Shown one piece after another: positions 27,884-37,710 of a DNA stretch of 64,000 bases. The DNA lies in assembly GCA_963664195.1 (NCBI GenBank), contig OY760907.1, positions 96,001 to 160,000 on the forward strand. The letters run 5' to 3'. The notes below the pieces were generated by a model. The model did not search any database and had not been told where the DNA came from. It saw only the letters and a list, made by a program, of their open reading frames with translations. The stretch is from an uncultured candidate division Zixibacteria bacterium (lineage in GTDB: Bacteria > Zixibacteria > MSB-5A5 > GN15 > FEB-12). The translations under genes and the position numbers were made by a program. The stretch's first letter is position 1; every line of letters begins with the position of its first letter.

Positions 27884-30064
27884 TCATGGACAGGCCGGCA
27901 ACGGGTCGAGCGAGATGAACAGATGATCGATTAGAATTGTCAAATCGCCCATCGTCACCTGACCATCGCCGGGACCGTCAAGATCGGACTCCTCGAAGCA
28001 GACCAATGGAGCAAGCGAGATGAACAGATGATCCATCAGGCGCGTTAGGTCAATCATGGTCACAAAATCGTCCATACTGCAGTCCGTGTTGCCCGTCATT
28101 CCTCGACAGCAGAACTCGCGTTCGACATCGTACAGACCGAAACAGACAAGGTGCTTACCTGTGATATCGACCCGATCAAAGGATCTGATGGAGTCTGTCG
28201 CGTTGGCCGCAATGAGGTGCATTTCATCTCCATACATCGTCGGACCAGCGGTCAGCTCGAACCTCATCCGCGAACCGAACTGGATCTTGAATGTAGGCTC
28301 TCCCGTGGGTCTCATGAATACGTCATCGATGGTCGGCAGACCAGCACCGTCGTCGTAACCTACGGCGACAACTCCGCCGCCTGAAACAGAATACTGTCCA
28401 CTGATCGCGCCCTCTGAGAACACTCTGATCAACACTTGGAGATCACCTATGAAGCTGTAGTCCGCAGTAACCTGTATAGTACCGGACGGTTCCTGGTAGA
28501 CTCCGACTCCACTCATCACCTGAATGCCCTTCTTGCCGACTATTTCCCCGGCGATTTCGAAATTGATGGCTGCATTATCCTGATCGAGGTCAACGTCTTT
28601 TAGCTTCATGGACATGCCGTTTGAACCGTAAAGGCTCCGCATGCGAATTCCGTTATCCCCGGTCTCATCAATGTTGCACACCTGCGTAGTATCACCGACC
28701 GAGTCTATGTCTCCTTCTCCAATAACTGTGTCAATGACCCGATCGGGGGGGAACACGACAATCGGATCACAGCAAGTGGGCACAGGATATGACGGCGCAC
28801 CGCAAGACAACCAGGTCCCTTCCTGGTTGGCATAACACCAGAGTATAAGTAAATCCGTCGTATCGACAACGCAATCACCGTTGACATCCGATCTGAAGAG
28901 CGGGATTCCCACAACATCGTGTGTTACATAGAGTATCTCCGTCAGGAGGGTGAGATCGGACATGACAACAGAACCGTCACCGTCCACGTCTCCCGTGGCG
29001 TAGCAGACGCTCTCACACGGATTGGGAGAGCAATCTGTGCCGTTGCCTTGATACACACCGCTGACACCAGCACATGCTGATGGAGTCAGGATAGAGCAAT
29101 CGCTGCCGACACAGCAGGCACCTTCCGGCACGTAGCACGGATTGGGGGAGCAATCGGTGCCGTCTCCCTGATACGTACCACCGACTGAGCTGCAGGAAGC
29201 CGCCGTACGGACGGTGCACGTACTGCCGACACAGCAGGCACCTTCCGGCACGAAGCACGGATTAGGAGAGCAGTTGGTCCCGTCTCCCTGATATACGCCG
29301 CCGACCGCAGCGCATTCGGCCTGAGTCCGAATTGAGCAATCATCGCCCTGACAGCAGGCACCGGGAATAGCAGGACCGTCACCCAGCCATCGATACTTCC
29401 GCTCAAGCATTGCCTCAAAAGGGTCAGGCGGGTCTGAGTCCAAACATACGTCCGGGCCACATTCCACGTTGTCTCCCAGATACTCGCCACCAGCTTCGAG
29501 ACACCCCGCCTCTGTCATAATCTGACATGAACCGACAAAACAGCAGGCGCCCTGGACCGGATCGCCCGGAGAACGCACATTAACCCTTACGTTACCCTCC
29601 ACCTCCGAGATCAGATCGCCGCGCACCCGGTCTCCGTCTCGACAAATCACATACAGAACGCCGCCTCGTCCTGAATCCCTTCCCTTCAGCGCAACCGATG
29701 CGCCTCGGACGTCTCCCGGTTCCAGCATCCTTTCCCCGGACTGACCGCAACTGAGGCGATCCAGGGCTGCAAGCGCCTCTTCCCTGACCACAAACCCATC
29801 GGTAACGACCTCCGACCCAGGCCCGGCGGAAACCCATATCGCGATGCGTGCCCCTCCGGTCTCACCGTCAAAGAACTGATCGATGGAGGCTCGTACAGCA
29901 TGTTTTGCCGCGAGACAGTAGCTCTGCCCTTCTCCGGTCTCAACGGCCCCATCCAGCGCTGACTGCTCTATCAGGATGATCCCAGATGTGGCAGCCAGTG
30001 ATTCTTGAGTGACAATTGCGCTCAAAGAGACGAGCACACAGAAGAACATTGATAGAAGTTTCAC
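27884..30064 (-). CDS. Paralogous secreted Cys-rich repeat/dockerin-like protein with a degenerate VWA-like N-terminus
   Basis: Same layout as 25537-27819; shared QVMSGVGVYQEPSGTIQVTADY and TGKHLVCFGLYD; GGAGGGAG RBS before GTG 30064. Confidence 0.8.
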   Translation of the reverse strand: MKLLSMFFCVLVSLSAIVTQESLAATSGIILIEQSALDGAVETGEGQSYCLAAKHAVRASIDQFFDGETGGARIAIWVSAGPGSEVVTDGFVVREEALAALDRLSCGQSGERMLEPGDVRGASVALKGRDSGRGGVLYVICRDGDRVRGDLISEVEGNVRVNVRSPGDPVQGACCFVGSCQIMTEAGCLEAGGEYLGDNVECGPDVCLDSDPPDPFEAMLERKYRWLGDGPAIPGACCQGDDCSIRTQAECAAVGGVYQGDGTNCSPNPCFVPEGACCVGSTCTVRTAASCSSVGGTYQGDGTDCSPNPCYVPEGACCVGSDCSILTPSACAGVSGVYQGNGTDCSPNPCESVCYATGDVDGDGSVVMSDLTLLTEILYVTHDVVGIPLFRSDVNGDCVVDTTDLLILWCYANQEGTWLSCGAPSYPVPTCCDPIVVFPPDRVIDTVIGEGDIDSVGDTTQVCNIDETGDNGIRMRSLYGSNGMSMKLKDVDLDQDNAAINFEIAGEIVGKKGIQVMSGVGVYQEPSGTIQVTADYSFIGDLQVLIRVFSEGAISGQYSVSGGGVVAVGYDDGAGLPTIDDVFMRPTGEPTFKIQFGSRMRFELTAGPTMYGDEMHLIAANATDSIRSFDRVDITGKHLVCFGLYDVEREFCCRGMTGNTDCSMDDFVTMIDLTRLMDHLFISLAPLVCFEESDLDGPGDGQVTMGDLTILIDHLFISLDPLPACP
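29013..29365 (-). repeat. Three ~120-bp tandem coding repeats
   Basis: ctgccgacacagcaggcaccttccggcacg recurs at 29103 and 29223; encodes 40-aa GACC units. Confidence 0.85.
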
Positions 30065-30212
30065 AACTCCCTCCACTTTGAATAATGCCCCGTTGAATCT
30101 TCGAAATGTGTTAAATGATGCCGCAAGACGCATTAGCGTACTGCAGACAGCCCACAAACAAACAGCCGGCCATGAGTGATTGCTTCTCGAATGATGTCAG
30201 ATTGACACCAAT

Positions 30213-30241
30213 AGAATACAATGCGAGCCACTCTTTGTCAA
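30213..30241 (-). promoter_or_regulatory. sigma70-type promoter
   Basis: Minus strand TTGACA-N17-TATTCT upstream of the gene starting at 30064. Confidence 0.65.
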
Positions 30242-30309
30242 GTGCAAAATAGCTGGTGACGTCTACTAATCAATGACCGAATGATTGAGACGATCTTCAA
30301 AGCCAACAT

Positions 30310-31152
30310 CTAGCGGTACGGCTTGAAGATGCGACCTCCAAGAGCCACCAGAAGATAGAGGGCACCGGCCAGAAGAATGATGGTCGACCCCGATGGAAGG
30401 TCCGGGCCAAAACTCACGGCCAACCCGGCGACTGACATCACCACACTGATTGCACTGGCCAGTACCATTGTTTGCCAGAGAGTGCGCGTGAAATACCCGG
30501 CCGTGGCAACCGGCAGAGTCAGCAGCGCTATCACCATGACGATCCCCACGACATTGACCAGAATGACAACGGTCAGAGCAGTGAGGCACAATAGCAGGAG
30601 ATAGAAGAATTCTACGTTAATGCCTCTGATACGGGCAAACTCTTCGTCAAAACAGACCGCGGACAGCTTGTTGTAGAACAAGAATGAGATCAATACGACA
30701 CACAAATCGAGAGCGCCAATGAGGTACAGATCGGTGACGTTCACCATGAGGATGTTTCCGAACAGGTAACTCATAATGTCCTGATTGTAACCGGGGGTCA
30801 TGGAAATGAATACCACGCCAAGTGCCATGCCTATTGCCCATACCGCACCGATCACGGTGTCCTCTCGCTCTCTTGACCTGAGCGACACAAAGCCGATAAC
30901 CACCGCGGCCAACAGAGCCGCCACGAGAGCGCCGTGGAGGGGCTGAAGCCAGGACCATCCCTCGACCACAGACAAGTAGCGTGCCAGCCCCATACCTCCC
31001 AGGACACAGTGAGCGATACTCCCGGCGATGTAGGTGATACGTCGCGTGACAACATACGTCCCCACCACACCACAGGCAACGCTCGCCAGCACGCCCATCA
31101 GCAGCGCATTCATCAGGAACGGATGCTCGGTTACAGCCCGGAGGAATTCCAT
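30310..31152 (-). CDS. znuB: Zn/Mn ABC transporter permease
   Basis: IAGSIAHCVLGG, MSYLFGNIL, FDEEFARIRG, VGIVMVIALLTLP, DLPSGSTII. Confidence 0.88.
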   Translation of the reverse strand: MEFLRAVTEHPFLMNALLMGVLASVACGVVGTYVVTRRITYIAGSIAHCVLGGMGLARYLSVVEGWSWLQPLHGALVAALLAAVVIGFVSLRSREREDTVIGAVWAIGMALGVVFISMTPGYNQDIMSYLFGNILMVNVTDLYLIGALDLCVVLISFLFYNKLSAVCFDEEFARIRGINVEFFYLLLLCLTALTVVILVNVVGIVMVIALLTLPVATAGYFTRTLWQTMVLASAISVVMSVAGLAVSFGPDLPSGSTIILLAGALYLLVALGGRIFKPYR

Positions 31153-31179
31153 CAGCGACTTGTACCTTTCGGCAACCTG

Positions 31180-31953
31180 TCAAGAGTCATTCTGCTCCCG
31201 CCTCTTGTCGTGATTGTGCAAATCATGACGAACCATGCGTACCGGTGATCCGTAGACATCGCTGAGCGAACCTGCCTTGATATCCGCCGTAGGGTGCATC
31301 GCCACCGTCCGGTTGACACACACGACATGTTCTACGAAGTCCGACACGAAGGCCGGATCGTGCGAGACCATGACAATCGTAAGCCGCTCATTCAACCGCT
31401 TCAGCAGATTGTACAACTCGCTCTCAATCTGTTTGTCAAGATTGGCGGTCGGTTCGTCGAGGACCAGCAATTCCGGTTCCGAAGACAGGGCACGAGCAAT
31501 GAGCAGCCTTCTCTGCTGACCTCCGGAGAGTTCGCTGAGGCGTCGCCGCTGCTTGTCAGCCAACCCCACCGTCTCCAGGGCCTCGATAGCGGCCCGTTTG
31601 TCATCGGTCGTGTACGGCCCTGGGATCAGGCCACGGCTCAATCGCCCCATAAGAGCGACATCGAGTACATCGACCGGAAACCGCTGGTCAAGCTGCGCGG
31701 CCTGAGGCATATATCCCAGCCGCAAACGTCCCTTCGGAGCCGACTGGCCGAATAGTCGGACTTTCCCGCTGCGTGGTTTAAGTAGCCCCAGCATAAGTTT
31801 TACCAGCGTGGTCTTGCCGCCACCATTGGGTCCGACAATCCAGATGAACTCACGTTCAGTGATCTTCAGGTTAACGTTTTCGAGCACCGTCTCGCCGTTA
31901 TACCCGAAGGAGACTTGATCCAATGAAACAACCGGCTGCACGTCCATACTCAT
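31180..31953 (-). CDS. znuC: Zn/Mn ABC transporter ATPase
   Basis: GPNGGGKTTL, LSGGQQRR, LVLDEPTANLD, MVSHD, CVNR. Confidence 0.88.
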   Translation of the reverse strand: MSMDVQPVVSLDQVSFGYNGETVLENVNLKITEREFIWIVGPNGGGKTTLVKLMLGLLKPRSGKVRLFGQSAPKGRLRLGYMPQAAQLDQRFPVDVLDVALMGRLSRGLIPGPYTTDDKRAAIEALETVGLADKQRRRLSELSGGQQRRLLIARALSSEPELLVLDEPTANLDKQIESELYNLLKRLNERLTIVMVSHDPAFVSDFVEHVVCVNRTVAMHPTADIKAGSLSDVYGSPVRMVRHDLHNHDKRREQNDS

Positions 31954-32891
31954 CGTCCTCCGGTGTTTCCTCTGATCGGAGATTTATCCGCAAGTGCCCC
32001 GGCGATCAATCGCGCGATTTCCTTCATGTTATTGAGATAGTCATGTGCCAGAGGATCAATACGGACCACCTCGCCGCCCAGTTCAACGGCCATGGTCTCG
32101 ACTTCAGAGGCGGAGAACTGCGGCTGCACAAACAGCGCCCGGGCGCCGTCCCGACGTGCCTCTGCAATCATGGAGGCCAGTTGACGCGGCGAAGGCTCAT
32201 GACCATCGTCTTCAATCGCTACCTGCTCTAGCCCAAAGGCATCGGCAAGATACCCGAAAGCGGGGTGGAATACGTACATCCGCTTCCCTTGAACGGGACG
32301 TAGCAGGCTGTCCATGGTTAGGTGAAGCAGTTCAAGATCATTCAGGAGTCTCGCCTTGTTTTGTTCGTAGATGATCTCATTGTCGGGATCAATGCTGACC
32401 AAAGCCGAACAGACCGTCGCGGCCTGCCGTTTGACGTTCTCGGGATTGAGCCAGATATGTGGATCGGGCATGCCCTCGTGCACAGCATCGCCGTGGCGGT
32501 GACTGCCCAATGGTCTCAGGGCGATCCCTCGACGAGTGTCAACCAAATCGGGACCGCTGTCAGAAGTCGAGCCGAGCTTATCGATAAGCTTCTGCTCGAA
32601 CGGCATCCCCACAGAGAAGAAGATGTCTGCCTCCCGAAGCCTGATAGTCTCACGAGGAGTCGGCTCATAGGTTGCAGGGGAGTGTCCCGGCGCGAGGAGA
32701 ATCTCGACCCCGGCCAGATCGCCGGCGATGCGCTCAACAACAAATGCCACGGGCGGTATGCTGGCCCATGTTGACACGCGCGACTCGATTGTCACTTTCT
32801 CCCCACCGCAGCCTCCTATCAACAGGGAGACGGTCAGAACGGCACACAACAATATAGGGACTCGTACGATGATGCTAGGCAGGCTCTTCAT
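31950..32891 (-). CDS. znuA: Zn ABC transporter substrate-binding lipoprotein
   Basis: Lipobox-like LIGGC, SPATYEPTP, His loop HRHGDAVHE, DPHIWLNP, FHPAFGYLA. Confidence 0.88.
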   Translation of the reverse strand: MKSLPSIIVRVPILLCAVLTVSLLIGGCGGEKVTIESRVSTWASIPPVAFVVERIAGDLAGVEILLAPGHSPATYEPTPRETIRLREADIFFSVGMPFEQKLIDKLGSTSDSGPDLVDTRRGIALRPLGSHRHGDAVHEGMPDPHIWLNPENVKRQAATVCSALVSIDPDNEIIYEQNKARLLNDLELLHLTMDSLLRPVQGKRMYVFHPAFGYLADAFGLEQVAIEDDGHEPSPRQLASMIAEARRDGARALFVQPQFSASEVETMAVELGGEVVRIDPLAHDYLNNMKEIARLIAGALADKSPIRGNTGGR

Positions 32892-33159
32892 GAGGCTTGG
32901 TCACCTTCGCTGTCGGGCATTCGAGATACAACTCATTGCAGTGTTCACATTCCTTGATCGAGTGATTCTCGAGGAAAGCATCCCAATGCGCGCGCTGGTT
33001 TGGTGTCAAAATGCCGGTCCCCCGACACAGCGGGCAGGAACTGTCCAACGCGGCGAGGATGGCAGAGCGAATGAAGTTGGACCTGTTCGGAATTCCCTGC
33101 ATCGCCTCCAGAAGAGTTTCGTCTACCTTGAATGTGATGATGTCTGATTTCTTCTTCAT
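32875..33159 (-). CDS. CopG/ribbon-helix-helix regulator with Cys-rich C-terminus
   Basis: IITFKVD...NRSNFIRSAI (RHH), then CPLC...H...CEHC...C. Confidence 0.75.
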   Translation of the reverse strand: MKKKSDIITFKVDETLLEAMQGIPNRSNFIRSAILAALDSSCPLCRGTGILTPNQRAHWDAFLENHSIKECEHCNELYLECPTAKVTKPHEEPA

Positions 33160-33205
33160 AGCCCACTCATTTTCAATGCGGTCAGGATCATTCCTGCCGA
33201 CCTAG

Positions 33206-33234
33206 TTATTACTATGTAATACCCAACTTGTCAA
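33206..33234 (-). promoter_or_regulatory. Promoter with overlapping palindromic operator
   Basis: Minus strand TTGACA-N17-TAATAA; inverted repeat TATTAC-tat-GTAATA at 33207-33221. Confidence 0.65.
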
Positions 33235-33294
33235 GTAGGAAATACACGCACGGGGCTTTTTTTGTCGCTGCTGAGGGCAAGTGGTCTCGGCACC

Positions 33295-33322
33295 TTGACT
33301 TACGCATCTCAGACGGTATACT
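33295..33322 (+). promoter_or_regulatory. Promoter for crcB, probably leaderless
   Basis: TTGACT-N16-TATACT ending 5 nt before ATG 33328; no SD sequence. Confidence 0.55.
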
Positions 33323-33327
33323 CTCAT

Positions 33328-33705
33328 ATGATCAAGCTCTTGATAATCGGACTGGGGGGGTTCGTCGGCGCTATCGCTCGATATGGCATTTCGGGTGTGG
33401 TTCAGAGATACGGCGGCGGCTTTCCTCTCGGGACAATGGCCGTCAATGTCCTCGGCTGCGCCATCATCGGCGGTTTCCTGTATTTGGTTGAGACTCGTGC
33501 GGTTATGGCCCCTAATCTGCGCCTCTTCCTCGGCGTCGGGATTCTGGGTGCCTTCACCACCTTCTCTACTTTTGGATACGAAACAATCGAACTGCTGGGC
33601 GATCGTCAGATTGGATTCGCGCTACTCAACATCGCCGGTAATCTCGTTCTGGGACTGGGCGCTGTGTGGCTTGGTCGGACAATAATGAGGGCCCTGCAAT
33701 TCTAG
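33328..33705 (+). CDS. crcB: Fluoride efflux channel CrcB/Fluc
   Basis: GGFVGAIARY, FPLGTMAVN, GILGAFTTFSTF. Confidence 0.93.
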   Translation: MIKLLIIGLGGFVGAIARYGISGVVQRYGGGFPLGTMAVNVLGCAIIGGFLYLVETRAVMAPNLRLFLGVGILGAFTTFSTFGYETIELLGDRQIGFALLNIAGNLVLGLGAVWLGRTIMRALQF

Positions 33706-33717
33706 GGAGGCATTGAG

Positions 33718-34062
33718 ATGAAAATCGAAGGTGAAGGTCAACTACTCCGGGTTTTTGTTGGCGAAAACGAACGGCATAACGGACATCCTCTGTACGAAGC
33801 CGTCGTCCGTGTCGCAAACGAACACCACCTCGCCGGAGCGACGGTCCTGCGCGGGGTGGCCGGTTTCGGTGCCGACAGTCGCATTCACACCACAAAAATC
33901 CTCCGGATGTCCGAGAATCTCCCGGTCGTTATCGAAATAGTCGACACTGCCGATCACATTCAGAAAATCCTCCCCATTATTGACGAAATGGTGGGCACCG
34001 AAGGACTGATCACTCTTGAGAGAGTCGAGATTATCGGCTACAAACCCAAAAACAGAGGCTAG
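33718..34062 (+). CDS. DUF190-family protein
   Basis: LRVFVGE, AGATVLRGVAGFG, LPVVIEIVD, GLITLE; usual crcB partner; GGGAGG RBS. Confidence 0.88.
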   Translation: MKIEGEGQLLRVFVGENERHNGHPLYEAVVRVANEHHLAGATVLRGVAGFGADSRIHTTKILRMSENLPVVIEIVDTADHIQKILPIIDEMVGTEGLITLERVEIIGYKPKNRG

Positions 34063-36860
34063 TAAGTTACCGCCGAATCGCAGCCGATGACGGTCAGCGG
34101 ATATAGAGAAATGAACAGGTGATCGATAAGAAGCGTGAGGTCGGCCATCGCGACCCGGCAGTCACCGTCGAGATCGCCCACTCGCATCGGGTCAAGGGGG
34201 TTCAGACTGATAAACAGATGATCAATCATCACCGTGAGATCGCTCATCGTCACCAGGTGCGAATGGTCAACATCGCCGAGCGTCCAGGTCCAGAAACTCA
34301 ATGACTCGGGCGAAACCGACAGATTTCCAGTACGATCCCACGCCGCCACTTTCCACCAGAACCGTTTGTTGAACGCCAACGTATCCACCCAGAAAAACTC
34401 GTTTGACTCCAGTGAATCCACAATCCGCGCCGTGCTGAAATCATCGAGCGTATCCAGCGTCAGACGATACCTAACGGTGTCATACACGTCGGGGTCGATC
34501 GCCGCGTCCCATATGAAATGGATCTCCGCCGTGTACTCGATTGAGTCGACCCGAGTCGGTGGATAACGACAGAGTGGCGTTGAAGGCGCTTCCTGAAGCT
34601 CATTCACGACAAACGTTCCTGTCTCCGACGGTTCGGAATACTCGAAGCCGTCAAACGATCGTGCGTTCCACCAGTGCAGACAGTGTTCGCCCAACGGGTC
34701 ACCCGTAATCTCACCGCCGGTGGAGTCGATTCCTTCCGGCACGGCCAGCACTTCGATTGGACCTCCCAGCACACAATCCGTATCGTGGAACCCGGTGAAG
34801 TCATAGGTAAGCAAATCGTTTTCGTTGTCTTCAGAGTTCAACACCCAGAGGATTGGATGCGAGCCGGTTACGGTCCAATTATCGGGACACAGCAGACCGG
34901 GAGCACTCGGTGGCGTATTCACGTGGAAGGAGGTCTCGAACCATTCGGACCAGATGAGATCGTTCGAGACGCGCAATCTGAGGAAACAGGTCTGACCGTC
35001 GACAAGCGAATCCCCCGCATACACTACCAACGTATCAGGGGTCAGGAGAGAATCAGGATTCCACAACTCAGCCTCTGCCCAATCGTCGTCGGTGCCGACC
35101 TCAAGTTCCACCATTGTCTGCGGCTGGCCGGACGAATCAACATAACTCCAGCTTATCACCGGCTGATCGGACAACACGTGCAGGCTGTCCCCTACCGTGT
35201 CCACGATAACACCGTCGACAAGGGGAGCGTAGCAACCAATCCCCAACGCACCTATCAGCGTGCTGCAAGATGAGTAGGCCGAAGCGCAGGGGGAGATATC
35301 AAACAGAGTGTAATCACCGGCCGAAGCGTCACAAAAAAGCGGCTCCTCTGAGATGTTACCGTCGACACCGATTTCATTCGGAATAACACCCCACCCGCCA
35401 CTGGAGTTGCCGACGACATTGCAGCAGGTGATCGTATCTTCTTTCGGCGATGAGCTGCAGTAGATGCCGTAGCCTTCGTTGTCGGCGATCACAGACACAC
35501 GCATTTCAAGCAACGAGAGAGAATCCTCATCGATACGGACGCCATCGCTCAGGTTATCCGCAACCGTGCAACGTTCCAGCACTACCGAGGTAAACGCGCC
35601 CGAACCAACATGCAGACCGGGACCGGTGTTGCCGGTCAGGACGACGTCGGCAATGTACAAGTCCTGTCCCAACCCTTCCACTTTCAGACCGGCAGAACCA
35701 TTGTCGCTGATGGTCGATGAAGTTACGCTGATATTATCCGTATGGAAATAGTCGGTCTCAATCTCAACGCCCCCACCGTTATTGGTATACTCGCAACCGT
35801 GCATGTAAAGCGCAGCCAATTGACAATGTAGGCCGCCGCTGTTGTCGTGAATATAGCAGCTGTCGAAAAACAGTGCCTCGATATCGCCATCCGTCCCCCC
35901 GATCATGTCAGCAACCGCTCCGCAGTCACGGATTTCTGTCCGCATTAGATGTGTGCCGACCTCGCCGGCCGCCCGAAGTGCGAGAGACCGATCACTGAAA
36001 CCGTCGCTGCAGAGTACTGTATCAACGTATTCGAAAAGACAGTCCGTGAGGTGGGTGGCGCTATAGAACACACGCTTGATCCCGTAGATATTGTGACTGA
36101 AGACCGTGCTGTCGGCCCGACAGTCACCCGAGACGGCGGTCACGTTGCTATCGAGCAGACAACTGTCCAAGTCCGCGTGGCCGCGGGCGAAATATGACTC
36201 GACGGCTATCTCGTTCACCTTGAACGTGCAGTTCCGACAAGATGCGGCAGAGCCGTCCTCGCACCGAATGCCGGACTCGACGCTGTTCCTGAAGAGACAC
36301 GAATCAAGTTCGGCCGATCCTTCGTAGAGAAGTAATCCCACGAAATTCCCGATGAAATCACACCGGACCAACTCCAACGCCCCATCACCTTCGCATAGAA
36401 TACCGGAGGCGTTGCCGGACAGCGCTACATCGATGAGTTCAGGCTCTCCCCCCAGCAAAGATATTCCAGTCTCGCAGCCCTGTATCTTGAGATTCGACAG
36501 CGTGGCGGAAAACGATCCCCAGATTCCGACATCAGCGTTCTTGATTGTGAACCCCTGAATAACGGTCGTAGAATCCTGAGCATTATCCAGTATCAGACAC
36601 CGGAGCAGTTCCCCCTCACAGTCAAGAGTGGTCGAATCCGGACCGTTTTCTGACATGAGAACGATATTCAGCGTGTCAAAGTCGACATCCCGATTCCCGA
36701 CCCCCGTGTAGGTACCGTCGGCCACAAGCACAGTATCCCCCTCGGCAGCGACATCGATTCCGGCCTGGATGGTCGGTTGATCGGTCGGCACCAGGATCAC
36801 GCCTCCTCTTGCGACGGAGAAGACGAGAATCAAAAGGATCGTTGACAGTGTGGCTCTCAT
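34059..36860 (-). CDS. Secreted right-handed beta-helix protein with Ig/Fn3-like domains and C-terminal dockerin-like duplication
   Basis: VPTDQPTIQAGIDVA..GDTVLVADGTY, beta-helix repeats, GNISEEPLFCD, MSDLTVMIDHLFISL. Confidence 0.82.
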   Translation of the reverse strand: MRATLSTILLILVFSVARGGVILVPTDQPTIQAGIDVAAEGDTVLVADGTYTGVGNRDVDFDTLNIVLMSENGPDSTTLDCEGELLRCLILDNAQDSTTVIQGFTIKNADVGIWGSFSATLSNLKIQGCETGISLLGGEPELIDVALSGNASGILCEGDGALELVRCDFIGNFVGLLLYEGSAELDSCLFRNSVESGIRCEDGSAASCRNCTFKVNEIAVESYFARGHADLDSCLLDSNVTAVSGDCRADSTVFSHNIYGIKRVFYSATHLTDCLFEYVDTVLCSDGFSDRSLALRAAGEVGTHLMRTEIRDCGAVADMIGGTDGDIEALFFDSCYIHDNSGGLHCQLAALYMHGCEYTNNGGGVEIETDYFHTDNISVTSSTISDNGSAGLKVEGLGQDLYIADVVLTGNTGPGLHVGSGAFTSVVLERCTVADNLSDGVRIDEDSLSLLEMRVSVIADNEGYGIYCSSSPKEDTITCCNVVGNSSGGWGVIPNEIGVDGNISEEPLFCDASAGDYTLFDISPCASAYSSCSTLIGALGIGCYAPLVDGVIVDTVGDSLHVLSDQPVISWSYVDSSGQPQTMVELEVGTDDDWAEAELWNPDSLLTPDTLVVYAGDSLVDGQTCFLRLRVSNDLIWSEWFETSFHVNTPPSAPGLLCPDNWTVTGSHPILWVLNSEDNENDLLTYDFTGFHDTDCVLGGPIEVLAVPEGIDSTGGEITGDPLGEHCLHWWNARSFDGFEYSEPSETGTFVVNELQEAPSTPLCRYPPTRVDSIEYTAEIHFIWDAAIDPDVYDTVRYRLTLDTLDDFSTARIVDSLESNEFFWVDTLAFNKRFWWKVAAWDRTGNLSVSPESLSFWTWTLGDVDHSHLVTMSDLTVMIDHLFISLNPLDPMRVGDLDGDCRVAMADLTLLIDHLFISLYPLTVIGCDSAVTY

Positions 36861-37121
36861 GGCCTCCCTTTAGTCTTGGCAGACGGGTCCTTGCGGACGG
36901 CATTTTCTACATACAGGTTCGCACAGACCGCACATTTTATTGATCGGCCGTTTCTATCTTCTCGGCCAGTCCTTAGAGATGTTACGGATGTGAGACAGGC
37001 TCCGTCAACAAACAGATTTGGACAGCATCTTAACGTCCGGAGTTAGTGGAGATAACATTCGCGAAATCAGCCGCCGGCCAAGGGAATCCCCCAAAGCCGG
37101 CAGATCGGAGTCAAGAGTAGC

Positions 37122-37601
37122 TTACGGGCACGGCGGGAGCGGGGATAGACTGATGAACAAATGATCGATCAGTATCGTCAGGTCGCCCATCGTAACCAAC
37201 CCGTCGGCGCTCAGATCGACATTGCCCTCTTCGACACAGGTGAGCGGAGTCAGGCTGATAAACAAGTGGTCGATCAGTACAGTCAGGTCACCCATCGTAA
37301 CGAGATTGTCCGAGGATCCGTCGACATTACCGACTGAAGGTCCGGTGCAGCAGGTGCTGCTTGTCTTGATCTTCTGCCAGTAGCCGTGATTGAGACCGTA
37401 CAAAGTAGTGGTTCCCGCCCCAACCGAGGTCTGGCCGACCGTGCCGGAGAGACGGTAGACGGTTGTCGAGGCACCGTTGTCTCCCCCGCCTGAGATGACC
37501 TGCCAGTTGATCTGTTCGCCGGCTTTGTCGCCGGTATCTCCGAACACGTTCGCAAACAGAAGCACCAACACCGCGACACAACTGACGATATGTGTTTTCA
37601 C
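37122..37601 (-). CDS. Small secreted dockerin-like protein
   Basis: AGGAG RBS before GTG 37601; signal peptide; QINWQVISGGG...YRLSGTVGQ...GYWQ; dockerin-like duplication. Confidence 0.8.
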   Translation of the reverse strand: MKTHIVSCVAVLVLLFANVFGDTGDKAGEQINWQVISGGGDNGASTTVYRLSGTVGQTSVGAGTTTLYGLNHGYWQKIKTSSTCCTGPSVGNVDGSSDNLVTMGDLTVLIDHLFISLTPLTCVEEGNVDLSADGLVTMGDLTILIDHLFISLSPLPPCP

Positions 37602-37710
37602 AGCATTTACTCCTATTTGATTCCGGGGCAGGTACAAGTGGTCTTGCGCACAAGATACTGCGAGACGGCGATTTGTCAAGAAGTGCGAGAATTTGTCAGC
37701 CTATCAATCC

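Noticed and set aside
29013..29365. Periodic repeats as a possible CRISPR array or DGR template
   Set aside because: They are in-frame degenerate coding repeats with no unique spacers, and no cas or reverse transcriptase gene is present.
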